From positions 408,462 through 472,461 of the forward strand of contig OY970293.1 in the NCBI GenBank assembly GCA_963716195.1: a DNA stretch of 64,000 nt, given 5' to 3'. The notes beneath the pieces are model-generated. The model did not search any database, was not told the DNA's origin, and saw only the letters and a list, made by a program, of their open reading frames with translations. Shown one piece after another: positions 1-9,294 of the stretch. Origin of the DNA: an uncultured Solirubrobacterales bacterium (GTDB lineage: Bacteria > Actinomycetota > Thermoleophilia > Solirubrobacterales > JBBDJG01). The position numbers and the translations under genes are program-made. The first letter of the stretch is position 1. Every line of letters starts with the position of its first letter.

Positions 1-1269
1 ATTCACTTCGCGGTGATCGGAAGCCTCGGTCCCGAGCTCTTCAACGCCGACATGGATGCTTCCCACATGCGGGAGCGAGTGCTGGCGGACATCAAGAGCC
101 AGCTCGACGCAGAGGCGGGGATCGCTCGTGAGGACCGCGAGCGCCTGGTGGGCGAGATCGCCGACGACATCCTCGGCCATGGGCCGCTCGAGCGCCCGCT
201 GGCGGACGACAGCGTGACCGAGATCATGATCAACGGGCCGTTCGACGTCTGGGTCGAGCGTGAGGGCCGCCTTTCACAGACGGCCGTGCGCTTCACCGAC
301 GAATCGCACCTGCGACGCGTGATCAACAAGATCGTGGCGCAGGTCGGCCGCCGGATCGACGAATCGTCGCCGATGGTGGACGCCCGGCTGCCGGACGGAA
401 GCCGCGTGAACGCGGTGCTGCCGCCGCTGTCGCTCTCGGGTCCGCTTGTGACGATCCGCAAGTTCAGCAAGCGGCGGCTCGACGCTCGACGACATGATCA
501 AGCTCGGCACGCTGAGCCCCGAGACGATCGACTTCCTCGATCGCTGCGTTCAGGCGCGAGCTGAACATCCTGATCTCGGGCGGGACCGGATCCGGAAAGA
601 CGACGCTCCTGAACGCGGCCTCGACCACGATCCCCGACGAGGACCGGATCGTCACGATCGAGGACGCGGCCGAGCTGCGGCTGAACCAGCGGCACGTGCT
701 GCGGCTCGAGGCGCGGCCGAAGAACATCGAGGGTGAGGGCGAGGTCCCGATCCGCGCAGCTGGTTCGCAACTCGCTGCGCATGCGCCCGGACCGGATCAT
801 CGTCGGCGAGGTTCGCGGCGCGGAGGCGCTCGACATGCTCCAGGCGATGAACACGGGCCACGACGGCTCGCTCTGCACGGTGCACGCGAACAGCCCGCGC
901 GACGCGCTCTCCCGGATCGAGACGATGGTGCTGATGTCCGGCTACGACCTGCCGGTGAGGGCGATCCGGCAGCAGGTCGCCTCGGCGCTCGACATGATCG
1001 TCCACCTCGAGCGGCTTCAGGACGGCTCGCGGAAGGTGACGGCGATCACGGAGGTCCAGCGGATGGAGTCGGACGTGATCACGCTCCAGAACATCTTCGA
1101 ATTCCAGATGGAGAGCATCGGCTCCGACGGGAAGGTGATCGGAAGCTTCCGTCCGACCGGCCTGCGCCCGACGTTCTTCCACAAGTTCGAGAAGCGCGGG
1201 GTCGAGGTGCCGGCGAGTATGGCGCCCGAGGCCCAGGCCGTCGACTTCACCAGGCTGGGGGCGCGGTGA
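1..1269 (+). pseudogene. cpaF: CpaF/TadA-family Tad pilus secretion ATPase, 5' end outside the window, split over frames 1,2,0,1
   Basis: Collinear segments give a continuous CpaF-like protein: ..DDSVTEIMINGPFDVWVEREGRL..IRKFSKRRL | [24 protein letters not shown] | [19 protein letters not shown] (Walker A)..[12 protein letters not shown] | [46 protein letters not shown]. Frame changes occur near 485, 559 and 756, all +1. Confidence 0.85.
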
Positions 1270-2162
1270 GGCGGCTCGCGTCGGCACTTGCGCTGAGCGT
1301 CCTCGCCGCCATGCTGGCGGCCGCGCCGGCACTCGCCGAGAATGGTGAGACCCGGCTGACACGCGTGAGGAGCGTGGAATTCCCAGAGCGGTCGTTCGTG
1401 CTCACGCTGCCGGCGCAGCGCACCCTGCTGCCTGCACACGTCGAAGTTAGAGAGAACGGCCGTTCCGTCTCGCAGCCGTCCGTCGTCCCGGCCGACGTCG
1501 CCGGAAAGAACGCCTTCGGCACCGTGCTGGCGATCGACGCCACGGAGACGATGCGCGGCCGCCCGATCGCGGACGCCGTTGCCGCGGCGCAAGGCATTCG
1601 TTCGCAAGCGCAACCCGCAGCAGCAGATCGGCATCGTCACGTTCAACCGCGTGTCGCGCGTGACGCTTCCGATGACAAGCGACGGGTCGGCGATCGCGAA
1701 CGCGCTGTCCGAGGTCCCGCCGGTCGTCGACGACGGGACCCACCTCTACGACGCGGTCTCGACCGCGATCGGAATGCTCCAGCAGGCGCGGATCAAGGCG
1801 GGGTCGGTGGTCGTGCTGTCCGACGGTGCGGACACCGGGAGCCGTTTGAGCGCCGACCGCAGTCGCGGACCGGGCGCAGGCGGCGGGCGTTCGGATCTTC
1901 ACGCGTCGGGCTTCGTTCGAAGTGGTTCGATCGACAGGCCCTGGAGACAGCTTGCCTCCTCCGGTGGCGGTGAGTACTCCGAGGCGCGCTCGTCTGCCGG
2001 GCTCCAGCCGATCTACGCAGCGCTCGGATCGCGCCTCGCCAACGAGTACGTGATCCGTTACCGCTCGCGGTCGCGGCTCGGCGACAGGGTGCACGTCAAG
2101 GTCGACGGCGCCCGGGCTGGTGGCGACCAGCCAATACGCGGCGCCCGCAGCGCCCGTCCGCG
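1266..2162 (+). pseudogene. Secreted von Willebrand factor A (vWA) domain protein of the tad locus, multiply frame-shifted; 3' end uncertain
   Basis: GTG 1266 overlaps the cpaF stop (GTGA). Leader [23 protein letters not shown]. vWA-type segments lie in successive frames: [14 protein letters not shown] | [39 protein letters not shown] | [14 protein letters not shown] | [15 protein letters not shown] | [19 protein letters not shown]. Shifts near 1590, 1861, 1904 and 1950 (+1 each) and at least one more before 2163. Confidence 0.7.
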
Positions 2163-3155
2163 GTGGCGGGCGAGAAGACGGCTTCGGCGAAGGGGTTCTG
2201 GGGCTCGTCGGCGGCGCTCGTGGTGGTCTGCATCTTCTGCGCCCTCCTGTTCGGCTTCATCGTCGCGGTCCTGTTCGCGCTCAGGCCCCGCGGACAATCC
2301 GTGCGGCAACGGATCGGCGGCTTCGCGCCGATCGCGGACGAGGAGGACGGCGAGCAGGACGGGAAGAAGAAGTCGATGCTGGTAGGGGCGGAGAAGTCAC
2401 TCGAGCAGACCCAATGGTGGGCGGATTTCAAGGAAGAGCTCGAGATCGCGCGCATCGAGATGCCGGCGATTCGCGTGCTCGCGTTCACGGCGGTCGGCAC
2501 GGTCTTCGCGATGTGGATCCTCGTGGCTGCCATCGGAAGCCCGCTCGCGGCGCTGCTCGCGCTCGGAGTTCCGGCTCTGGTCTGGAACCGCATCAACCAC
2601 AAGGCCAAGCAACAGCGGACGCAGTTCGCTGACCAGCTCGCGGAGAACCTTCAGGTGATCGCTTCCGCGATGCGCGCCGGACACAGCTTCGTCGGCGCGC
2701 TCGCAGTGGCCGTCGAGGACGCGCCGGAGCCCGCTCAGAGCGAGTTTCGCCGCGCCGTTTCCGACGAGAAGCTCGGCGTCCCGCTCGACGAGACCTTAGG
2801 CGTGGTCGCTCGCAGGATGCGAAGCCGCGACCTCGAGCAGGTTGTGCTGGTGGCGCTGCTTCAGCGCGAGACCGGTGGTAACACGGCCGAGGTCATCGAC
2901 CGGGTGTCCGAGACGATCCGCCACCGCTCGGAACTGCGGCGCACCGTGATGACGCTCACAACCCAGGGCCGGATGGCGCGGTGGATCATCTCGCTGCTGC
3001 CGCCTTTCCTCCTGGCCGCGATCTCGGTGATCAACCCCGGCTATCTGGAGCCGCTCTTCACCGAGACGATGGGGACCGTGCTGCTCGTGATCGGGTCGGT
3101 GATGGTGATCACGGGGTCGCTCGTCATCAAGCGAATCGTGGACATCGAGGTCTAG
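2163..3155 (+). CDS. tadB: TadB-like type II secretion system F-domain inner-membrane protein
   Basis: 330-aa intact ORF with a T2SSF-type core (..QFADQLAENLQVIASAMRAGHSFVGAL..LLQRETGGN..) and N- and C-terminal TM segments. Sits between the vWA gene and tadC. Confidence 0.8.
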   Translation: MAGEKTASAKGFWGSSAALVVVCIFCALLFGFIVAVLFALRPRGQSVRQRIGGFAPIADEEDGEQDGKKKSMLVGAEKSLEQTQWWADFKEELEIARIEMPAIRVLAFTAVGTVFAMWILVAAIGSPLAALLALGVPALVWNRINHKAKQQRTQFADQLAENLQVIASAMRAGHSFVGALAVAVEDAPEPAQSEFRRAVSDEKLGVPLDETLGVVARRMRSRDLEQVVLVALLQRETGGNTAEVIDRVSETIRHRSELRRTVMTLTTQGRMARWIISLLPPFLLAAISVINPGYLEPLFTETMGTVLLVIGSVMVITGSLVIKRIVDIEV

Positions 3156-3163
3156 GGGCAGCC

Positions 3164-4078
3164 GTGTTCCTGTTCGTGCTCGGAGTGCTCTTGCTCGGCG
3201 CCGCCACCGCGCTCGCGGTGCGGGCGCTGACCATGCCGGATGTGCAGGCGGCGGAGCGCCTCTCGCAGATCGGCTCGTACGGGTTCGGCGCCGACGGGGC
3301 GTCCGACAGCCTGCTCGCTGGTGGCCTGCGAGGGTCATTGGACGCGATCGCCGACCGGATCGGGCGGGCACTGGCGCCGCGGCTGGGGAACGCGGAGAGC
3401 GAGGCGCGCAAGATGCTGCTTGCGGCCGGTCGCTACACGACCGCGCCGACGATGTTCGTCGGCTACCGCGTGCTGGCGTGTGCCGCCGGCGGCGTGCTGC
3501 TGCTGTGGCTGTTCGCCGGCGGCGGCTCCGGGGGCCCGATGGTGCTGTTCGCGCCGCTTTTCGGCGCGTTTGCGGGATGGGTACTTCCGCAAACGGTGCT
3601 TCGCAAGCGAGCCGAGCGCCGGCTCGCGCAGATCGAGACGACGCTCCCCGAGCTGATCGACCTCCTCGTCGTGACGGTCGAGGCGGGCCTCGGGTTCAGC
3701 GGCTCGTTGCAGGTGGCGGCCAGCAGGTTGAGAGGGCCGCTCGGCGAGGAGGTCCGGCTCGGGCTCCAAGAGCAGAAGATGGGTCTCTCCACGATCGAGG
3801 CACTGTCGAACATGCTCGATCGCTGCGACACACCCTCGATGCGTTCGTTTGTCCGCTCGGTGATTCAGGGTGAGACGCTCGGCGTCTCGATCGGAAACAT
3901 CATGCGGAACCTCGCGACCGAGATGCGGAAGCGCCGGCAGGCGGCGGCGGAGGAGCGGGCCCAGAAGGCCCCGATCAAGATGCTCTTCCCCTTGATCCTG
4001 CTGATCTTCCCGCCGATCTTCATCGTCCTGCTCTATCCGGCGATCCACGACTTCGGCAAGTCCTTCGGCGGTGGATGA
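3164..4078 (+). CDS. tadC: TadC-like type II secretion system F-domain inner-membrane protein
   Basis: GTG 3164 lies 8 nt after the tadB stop. Motifs ..LPELIDLLVVTVEAGLGFSGSLQ..IQGETLGVSIGNIMRNLA..LLIFPPIFIVLLYPA. The upstream part of ORF 2981-4078 overlaps tadB and was discarded. Confidence 0.8.
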   Translation: MFLFVLGVLLLGAATALAVRALTMPDVQAAERLSQIGSYGFGADGASDSLLAGGLRGSLDAIADRIGRALAPRLGNAESEARKMLLAAGRYTTAPTMFVGYRVLACAAGGVLLLWLFAGGGSGGPMVLFAPLFGAFAGWVLPQTVLRKRAERRLAQIETTLPELIDLLVVTVEAGLGFSGSLQVAASRLRGPLGEEVRLGLQEQKMGLSTIEALSNMLDRCDTPSMRSFVRSVIQGETLGVSIGNIMRNLATEMRKRRQAAAEERAQKAPIKMLFPLILLIFPPIFIVLLYPAIHDFGKSFGGG

Positions 4079-4081
4079 GCC

Positions 4082-4480
4082 GTGCGTCACTTGTCCAGGC
4101 AGTTGAAGAGCGCACGGCGCGCGGGCGGCGTGTTGGGGCTCGTGGTCGAGGGCGACGGCGAGCGAGTCGTCTGCGAACGCTGCATCGTCGCGGATACGCC
4201 GCTCATGCGCCTCAAAGGACTGCTCGGGAAGCGCGAGCTCGCGGCAGGCGAGGGGCTTCTGATCTATCCGTCATCGGCGGTCCACACCTGGTTCATGCGG
4301 TTCCCGATCGATGCCGTGTTCCTCGACCGCGAGTTGCGCGTGCTCGATCTGGCGACCGAGCTGAAGCCATGGCGAGCGGCCGCCGGACGCCACGCGAAGG
4401 CAGTGCTCGAGCTGGCGGCGGGCGAGTGCCGACGGCAGGGGATCGAGACCGGCAGCACTCTCAAGATCCGGCATGCCTGA
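4082..4480 (+). CDS. DUF192 domain protein
   Basis: 132 aa with ..GLLIYPSSAVHTWFMRFPIDAVFLD..AKAVLELAAGE.. as in DUF192. Starts 3 nt after the tadC stop. Confidence 0.7.
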   Translation: MRHLSRQLKSARRAGGVLGLVVEGDGERVVCERCIVADTPLMRLKGLLGKRELAAGEGLLIYPSSAVHTWFMRFPIDAVFLDRELRVLDLATELKPWRAAAGRHAKAVLELAAGECRRQGIETGSTLKIRHA

Positions 4481-5216
4481 TCGCCGAGACAAGCGCTCGT
4501 CCGTGGCGGGCCTCGGAAAGCCGCGTGGCAGGGACGCAGTCGTGGCCGTGTTCGCCACGCTCGTCGCGGCGACCGCCGCGGAAGCGGTCCACGCCGGCCG
4601 GGAAGCGATCGCCGGCGCCGATCTGGACGGGTGGCTGTCGGCGGCCTACTCGCTGCTCAAGCTGACGGTCGTCGTCGCGCTCGCCTTCTTCGTCGCGGGC
4701 AGGGAGCCCGCGCGCCGCCGCTGCCGCCAGCCGGTGGCATTCGTCGCCTGCTTTGCGGCAATCGCCGCAGTGGTGGCACTGAAGCGGCCGACCGACGCGG
4801 CGACCACCTCACTGCTGATATCTGGCGAGGCGGTCGTGCTGGTCTCGATCGTGTGGATGCTCGCGGCGGTGCTCACGCTCGGCAAGTGCTTCGGCGTGCT
4901 GCCCGAGGCCCGCGGCCTCGTTACGCGAGGCCCGTACAGCCTCGTTCGTCATCCCATTTACCTCGGCGAGCTCGGGATGTGCGCAGGCCTCGTGATCGCC
5001 TCTCCCTCGTCCTGGAATCTGGTCGTTGCCGCTGTCTTCGCCGCCGCTCAGACGGTTCGCATGCGGCTCGAGGAACGGGCACTGACGAAGGAGTTCCCGG
5101 AATACGCTGACTATGCGCGGCGAACGGCCAGGCTGATCCCGCGACTCGACGTCCTGCGCGGCGCAGGGTCCGCAGGATCCGGCCCCGTCGCCGAGGCCAC
5201 TGCCAGAACCCGCTAG
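4473..5216 (+). CDS. Membrane methyltransferase of the isoprenylcysteine carboxyl / phospholipid methyltransferase type
   Basis: Multi-TM N-terminal half. C-terminal ..GPYSLVRHPIYLGELGMCAGLVIASPS..RMRLEERALTKEFPEYADYARRT. 8-nt overlap with the DUF192 gene. Confidence 0.7.
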   Translation: MPDRRDKRSSVAGLGKPRGRDAVVAVFATLVAATAAEAVHAGREAIAGADLDGWLSAAYSLLKLTVVVALAFFVAGREPARRRCRQPVAFVACFAAIAAVVALKRPTDAATTSLLISGEAVVLVSIVWMLAAVLTLGKCFGVLPEARGLVTRGPYSLVRHPIYLGELGMCAGLVIASPSSWNLVVAAVFAAAQTVRMRLEERALTKEFPEYADYARRTARLIPRLDVLRGAGSAGSGPVAEATARTR

Positions 5217-5217
5217 T

Positions 5218-5293
5218 AGGTGCGCTGAGCCAGTCGCGGCCCAGCGTGCACAGTCTCCAAAACAGAAGTCGGGTTCGAGTCCTCCCTGCCCCG
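5218..5293 (+). other. 76-nt degenerate tRNA-Trp(CCA)-like sequence (not foldable as a functional tRNA)
   Basis: ..cacaGTCTCCAAAACagaagtcGGGTTCGAGTCCtccctGCCCCg resembles the anticodon loop (CUCCAAA), T-loop and 3' acceptor of tRNA-Trp, and the length is right. However the acceptor, anticodon and T stems do not pair. Confidence 0.3.
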
Positions 5294-5311
5294 TTGCTGA
5301 CGGAGACCCGC

Positions 5312-5984
5312 TCAAGTGGGACACTCCCAAGCCGCGCGCGCGGATCGGGCAGCGTGGCGCGCCCGACGCAGCGGTTCGGGAGTGCGGGCGCGGGCCGTGA
5401 CGGCGAATACGACCTCGAGCGCGGTCGCGAGATCCGTGCGCCATGCGGGGGTCACCGCCAGGGGGCGGCGGCCTGGAAGTGTGCGAACCCAAGCCCCAAC
5501 GACATCACCTTCGAGCATGAGCGGTGCACTCGCGCCGCGCCGGTCGTCAGGCCAACCACCTTCGGCACACAGTGGACGATGTGTGACGCCAACGCTCGCT
5601 ACGCCCAGCGCCGCACCGAGATGCAGTGCAAGCCCCGCACGACGGGGATGATCGCGGCCAGTCGCGTTTACCAGCAACACGTCGGGGAGGCGCGGCAGCG
5701 CGCGCACGGCCGCTTCGAGCACCGGTCCCTCGCGCAGGGCAAGCAGCGCGATCCGGTATGGGGGCCGCGGCGCGCCCAATGCGCACGGCGATCACTTCGC
5801 CTAGCGCCGCTGCGGCCCAGGCCCGATCGCCGGCAGCGCCGGGTCCCGACAACCCACGCGGGAAGCAGACGAAGCAGCCGCCGACCGCGTCGCCACTGTG
5901 GAGGCGCCAGGGTGTCGGGTCGTCCACGGCGAGCTGCTGCTGCTCTTCTAATAGAGCTCTCGCCGAAGTTGGCCAGCGTCCCAT
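5312..5984 (-). pseudogene. nfi: Endonuclease V with one +1 frameshift
   Basis: N-terminal frame (from ATG 5984): MGRWPTSARALLEEQQQLA..AVGGCFVCFPRG..GEVIAVRIGRAAAP. Second frame: YRIALLALREGPVLEAAVRALPRLPDVLLVNATGRDHPRRAGLALHLGAALGVASVGVTH. Junction is at a C5 run near 5775. Confidence 0.75.
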
Positions 5985-6088
5985 CTCCCTACATATTCGC
6001 CTCTGCCCGGAACAGGCCACCGCGAGCGCTAGCGAAGCTTGCTCCTGCGGCGCACGAGGCGTAACGTCCCGTGGGAAAGGAGGACGCC

Positions 6089-6526
6089 ATGAACCGAGCT
6101 GAGATGAAGGAGCTCATCGAGCGGCTCGTCGGTTCCTGGAACGCCCATGACCCCGAGGCGGTTGCGCGTTGTTACTCGCCCGACGCCGTCTCGCTTGACG
6201 TCACGTTGATGGAACCTCTGCACGGACGCGATGCGATCCGCAACGCTGCGGCTATGTACATGAAGGCTTTCCCGGACATCCATTTCGAGGTCCGCCGAAT
6301 TGCATGCGACGGTGACGTGATGCTGGAGGAGTGGCAGGCGACCGGCACCCACGAGGGAGACTTGATGGGGCTACCCCCAACACACAGAAGGGGCACGACA
6401 CGTGGTTGTAACGTGATTCAGATCGGTCGCGACGGGCTGATTCATACCGAGACGACATACTGGGACGCAGCCGGGCTCTACCGTCAGCTCGGCGCGCTGC
6501 CCGACCTTGCTCGCGCGGCCGGTTAA
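6089..6526 (+). CDS. SnoaL-like / ester-cyclase (NTF2-fold) protein
   Basis: SD ggaaaggagg upstream of ATG 6089. ..ERLVGSWNAHDPEAVARCYSPDAV..AFPDIHFEVRRIACDGDVMLEEWQATGTHEGDLMGLPPT.. Confidence 0.7.
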   Translation: MNRAEMKELIERLVGSWNAHDPEAVARCYSPDAVSLDVTLMEPLHGRDAIRNAAAMYMKAFPDIHFEVRRIACDGDVMLEEWQATGTHEGDLMGLPPTHRRGTTRGCNVIQIGRDGLIHTETTYWDAAGLYRQLGALPDLARAAG

Positions 6527-6860
6527 CAAGCGAATCGAATGGAGGGATCGCGCCAGTGAAGTTTCAGGCAATGGTGACGTTCGAGTTCCAGGCAAGCTCG
6601 CTTGTAGACGCGGGCCACAAGGTGAACGACGCCGTCGTGCATGCGAGGGAGAGTGACGAGATGGATGCTAAGTCGATTGAGATTCGTACGCCTCCCGGCG
6701 GTCCACCGGTGACGCTTCCGCTCGTCGCGGGCCAGTCTCACCCCGCGCTCACGTCAAGCAACTCGCGCGCCTGATCGCAATTGCAAACGACCATGGGCCC
6801 GCCTGCGCGCGGGCCCATAGTTCCGTGATGCCTACGCACTGGCTCTGGCACGGTAGGCCC

Positions 6861-7307
6861 ATGTCCATCGCCGAAGCCGTAATCATCGTGATGGCCGCCG
6901 CGGCCAACACCTTTGCGGCCGCCGTCGACTTCGCCCGGGTCCAGTGGATCCTCGACAACATGGCCAGGTACGGCGTGCCGCGGCGGTGGCTGCCGTCCTC
7001 GGCGCTCTCAAGGCCGCGAGTGCCGTCGGGCTGCTGGCGGGCTTCGGGGTGCCGGCGCTCGGGCTCGCGGCCTCCGCTGGACTCGTGCTCTACTTCGTCG
7101 GCGCCATCGTCACGTGATCAGGTCCGGCTGGTACTCGCACATTCCCTACCCCGCGGTGTTCCTCCTGCGGGCCAGTTGGCTCACCGATAACGATGCTCGG
7201 GTCGTCGTGAACACGGATCACGCCTGCCGATCGCCGTTGCCTTACTGCTTGTGCTGCTCGCAACGGCGTTGGTCTCCCATCGGACATGGGCGGCTCGTTC
7301 GGATTGA
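6861..7307 (+). pseudogene. DoxX-like small membrane protein, frame-disrupted
   Basis: MSIAEAVIIVMAAAANTFAAAVDFARVQWILDNMARYGVPRRWL (frame 0) | AAVLGALKAASAVGLLAGFGVPALGLAASAGLVLYFVGAIVT (frame 2) | HVIRSGWYSHIPYPAVFLL (frame 1). A further TM-like LPIAVALLLVLLATALV ends at 7307. Shifts lie near 6990 and 7113. Confidence 0.55.
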
Positions 7308-7379
7308 CAGGGGGGCTGCTGCCTTGCGCGACATGCAGCAGCGTCGACCGTCCGTAGCGCCACCTAGCTTTGCTTCTCG

Positions 7380-7576
7380 ATGCCAACGAAGTACCGCGAG
7401 ATCCGCGCTGCGCTAAAGGAGGCCGGCTGGGTGTTTTGAGGCAACGCGGTTCTCACGGGGTTTGGGCAAGCCTGGAGGACCGTGCGTATCGTGGTGGCCG
7501 GTAAAGACAGCGACACCGTCCCGGTGGGCACACTCTCTAGCCTCGTAAGGCAATCGGTTTGGACCACCTTCGATGA
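7380..7576 (+). pseudogene. hicA: HicA-like toxin remnant with three frame changes
   Basis: MPTKYREIRAALKEAGWV | LRQRGSHGVWA | VRIVVAGKDSDTVPVGTLSSLVRQ | IGLDHLR*. The final TGA overlaps the ATG of ORF 7573-7806 (ATGA), but that ORF shows no HicB similarity. Confidence 0.45.
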
Positions 7577-7631
7577 GCGAATACGTAGGACGTGCTGTCG
7601 CCTTCATGCGAAGCAGAAGCGAGCGCAAAAG

Positions 7632-8000
7632 CTACGCGCCGTTGCGAACTAGCCCGCCCTCGCGTGCCAGGTCACGAACGATCGTGGCAGCCGGCTGGAC
7701 ATCGTCGACGTGCTCAGCCACGCTACCCGTGGCGAAAGCCATCTCCTCGAGATCGCCGCGCGTGTCGGGGGTCGGCAGCATTGCGCTGAAACTCGGCATC
7801 GGGTAACGGAGACCGGCGAACCTCGTACGGCCGATCAGGAGCGGTCGCGGCGGCGGAAGGGGAATCTGGTCCTCGCGGCCCGCCCATTCGTTGACAACCC
7901 GGTTTCGCAGCACCCGCACGGGTGCGTGCGGCCATTCCGGACCGAACAGCGTGGTCTTCACCGCGTCGGGCGTTATGAAGCGTGTCTCCAATCGTCCCAT
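7632..8000 (-). CDS. Hypothetical protein (122 aa)
   Basis: Only non-shadow ORF in this interval. Composition is not Arg/Ala-biased. No family recognised. Confidence 0.35.
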   Translation of the reverse strand: MGRLETRFITPDAVKTTLFGPEWPHAPVRVLRNRVVNEWAGREDQIPLPPPRPLLIGRTRFAGLRYPMPSFSAMLPTPDTRGDLEEMAFATGSVAEHVDDVQPAATIVRDLAREGGLVRNGA

Positions 8001-8053
8001 GCGATGCCTGGATCAAAAGGTTGCCGGGCGGCAGAGAGGGTAGAAGGTTAGTG

Positions 8054-9271
8054 ATGGCCGCAGTGGCCTTCGATCGTGTGACCAAGATCTACCCGGATGG
8101 GACGCGCGCCGTTTCCGGGATGGATCTCGCCAGCGAGGACGGTGAGTTCATCGTGCTCGTGGGTCCGTCGGGCTGCGGGAAGACAACCGCGCTGCGCATG
8201 GTCGCCGGGCTCGAGGAGATCACCGAAGGTGAGATCCGGATCGGCGAGCGGGTGGTAAACCGCGTCCCTGCCCGCGATCGCGACATCGCCATGGTCTTCC
8301 AGACCTATGCGCTCTATCCGCATATGACAGTCAGGGAGAACATGGCGTTCGGCCTCAGGGTCAGAAAAGTCGACAAGCAGGAGGTCGAGCGGCGAGTACA
8401 GCGGGCGGCCGAAATCTTGGGCCTCGATCAGTTGCTCGACAAGAAACCGCGCGAGCTGTCGGGCGGGCAGCGCCAGCGGGTAGCGATGGGCCGGGCGATC
8501 GTACGCGAGCCGCAGGCTTTTCTCATGGACGAGCCGCTGTCCAACCTCGACGCGAAGCTGCGCGTGCAAGTGCGCGCCGAGATCAGCGCGATTCAGAGAA
8601 ACCTGGGAGTGACCACTATCTACGTCACCCACGACCAGGTCGAGGCGATGACGATGGGCGACCGCGTCGCGGTGATGCGCAAGGGCGAGCTCCAGCAGGT
8701 GGCCGGTCCGCAAGAGCTCTACGACCGGCCGGTGAACGTGTTCGTCGCGGGCTTCATCGGCAGTCCCGCGATGAACCTGCTCGAGGCGCGGCTCGAGCGT
8801 CGCGACGGCGCGCTCGACGCCGCCGTCGGCGACCAGCGCATCGCGCTCGACCCGGAGCTGCTGTCGGACCGGCCGGCCTTGCGCTCGTTCGAGGGACGCG
8901 ACGTGATCCTCGGCATCCGCCCCGAGGAGCTCGAGGACGCTGCGCTCGTCCCCGACGCTCCGGCGGACCGGCGGTTGAAGGGCCAGCTCGAGCTGCGCGA
9001 AGCGCTCGGCTCCGAGGTCGTGGCGCACGTGGTGGTCGAGGCGAGGCAAGCGGTAACCGAGGACGTCCGCGAGCTCGCTGCCGACATCGGAGAGGAGGCC
9101 GCGACCGGCGCGAGGACGATCGCCACCGAGGAGCACGAGGCCACGGTCGTCGCCCGCTTCGACCCGCGGTCGGGCGCACGCGTGGGCGCCCCGGTGGAGA
9201 TGGTGGTCGACACCAGAGGCCTGCACTTCTTTGATCCGGAGACGAGTTTGGGCATCTACGACGGCGGCTGA
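8054..9271 (+). CDS. Carbohydrate ABC transporter ATP-binding protein (MalK/UgpC/MsiK type)
   Basis: [10 protein letters not shown] (Walker A), [30 protein letters not shown], and a TOBE-like C-terminal domain. Confidence 0.9.
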   Translation: MAAVAFDRVTKIYPDGTRAVSGMDLASEDGEFIVLVGPSGCGKTTALRMVAGLEEITEGEIRIGERVVNRVPARDRDIAMVFQTYALYPHMTVRENMAFGLRVRKVDKQEVERRVQRAAEILGLDQLLDKKPRELSGGQRQRVAMGRAIVREPQAFLMDEPLSNLDAKLRVQVRAEISAIQRNLGVTTIYVTHDQVEAMTMGDRVAVMRKGELQQVAGPQELYDRPVNVFVAGFIGSPAMNLLEARLERRDGALDAAVGDQRIALDPELLSDRPALRSFEGRDVILGIRPEELEDAALVPDAPADRRLKGQLELREALGSEVVAHVVVEARQAVTEDVRELAADIGEEAATGARTIATEEHEATVVARFDPRSGARVGAPVEMVVDTRGLHFFDPETSLGIYDGG

Positions 9272-9294
9272 GGCCGCCGAGAGGAGAGGAAGCA

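Noticed and set aside
696-1973. 425-aa ORF as a single gene
   Set aside because: It is a chimera. It strings together the frame-0 middle segment of cpaF, out-of-frame cpaF sequence, and parts of the vWA gene.
6556-6774. 72-aa ORF (GTG start, weak SD) downstream of the SnoaL-like gene
   Set aside because: Composition is plausible, but there is no recognisable family, no signal peptide or TM segment, and no independent support. Coding status is left undecided rather than annotated.
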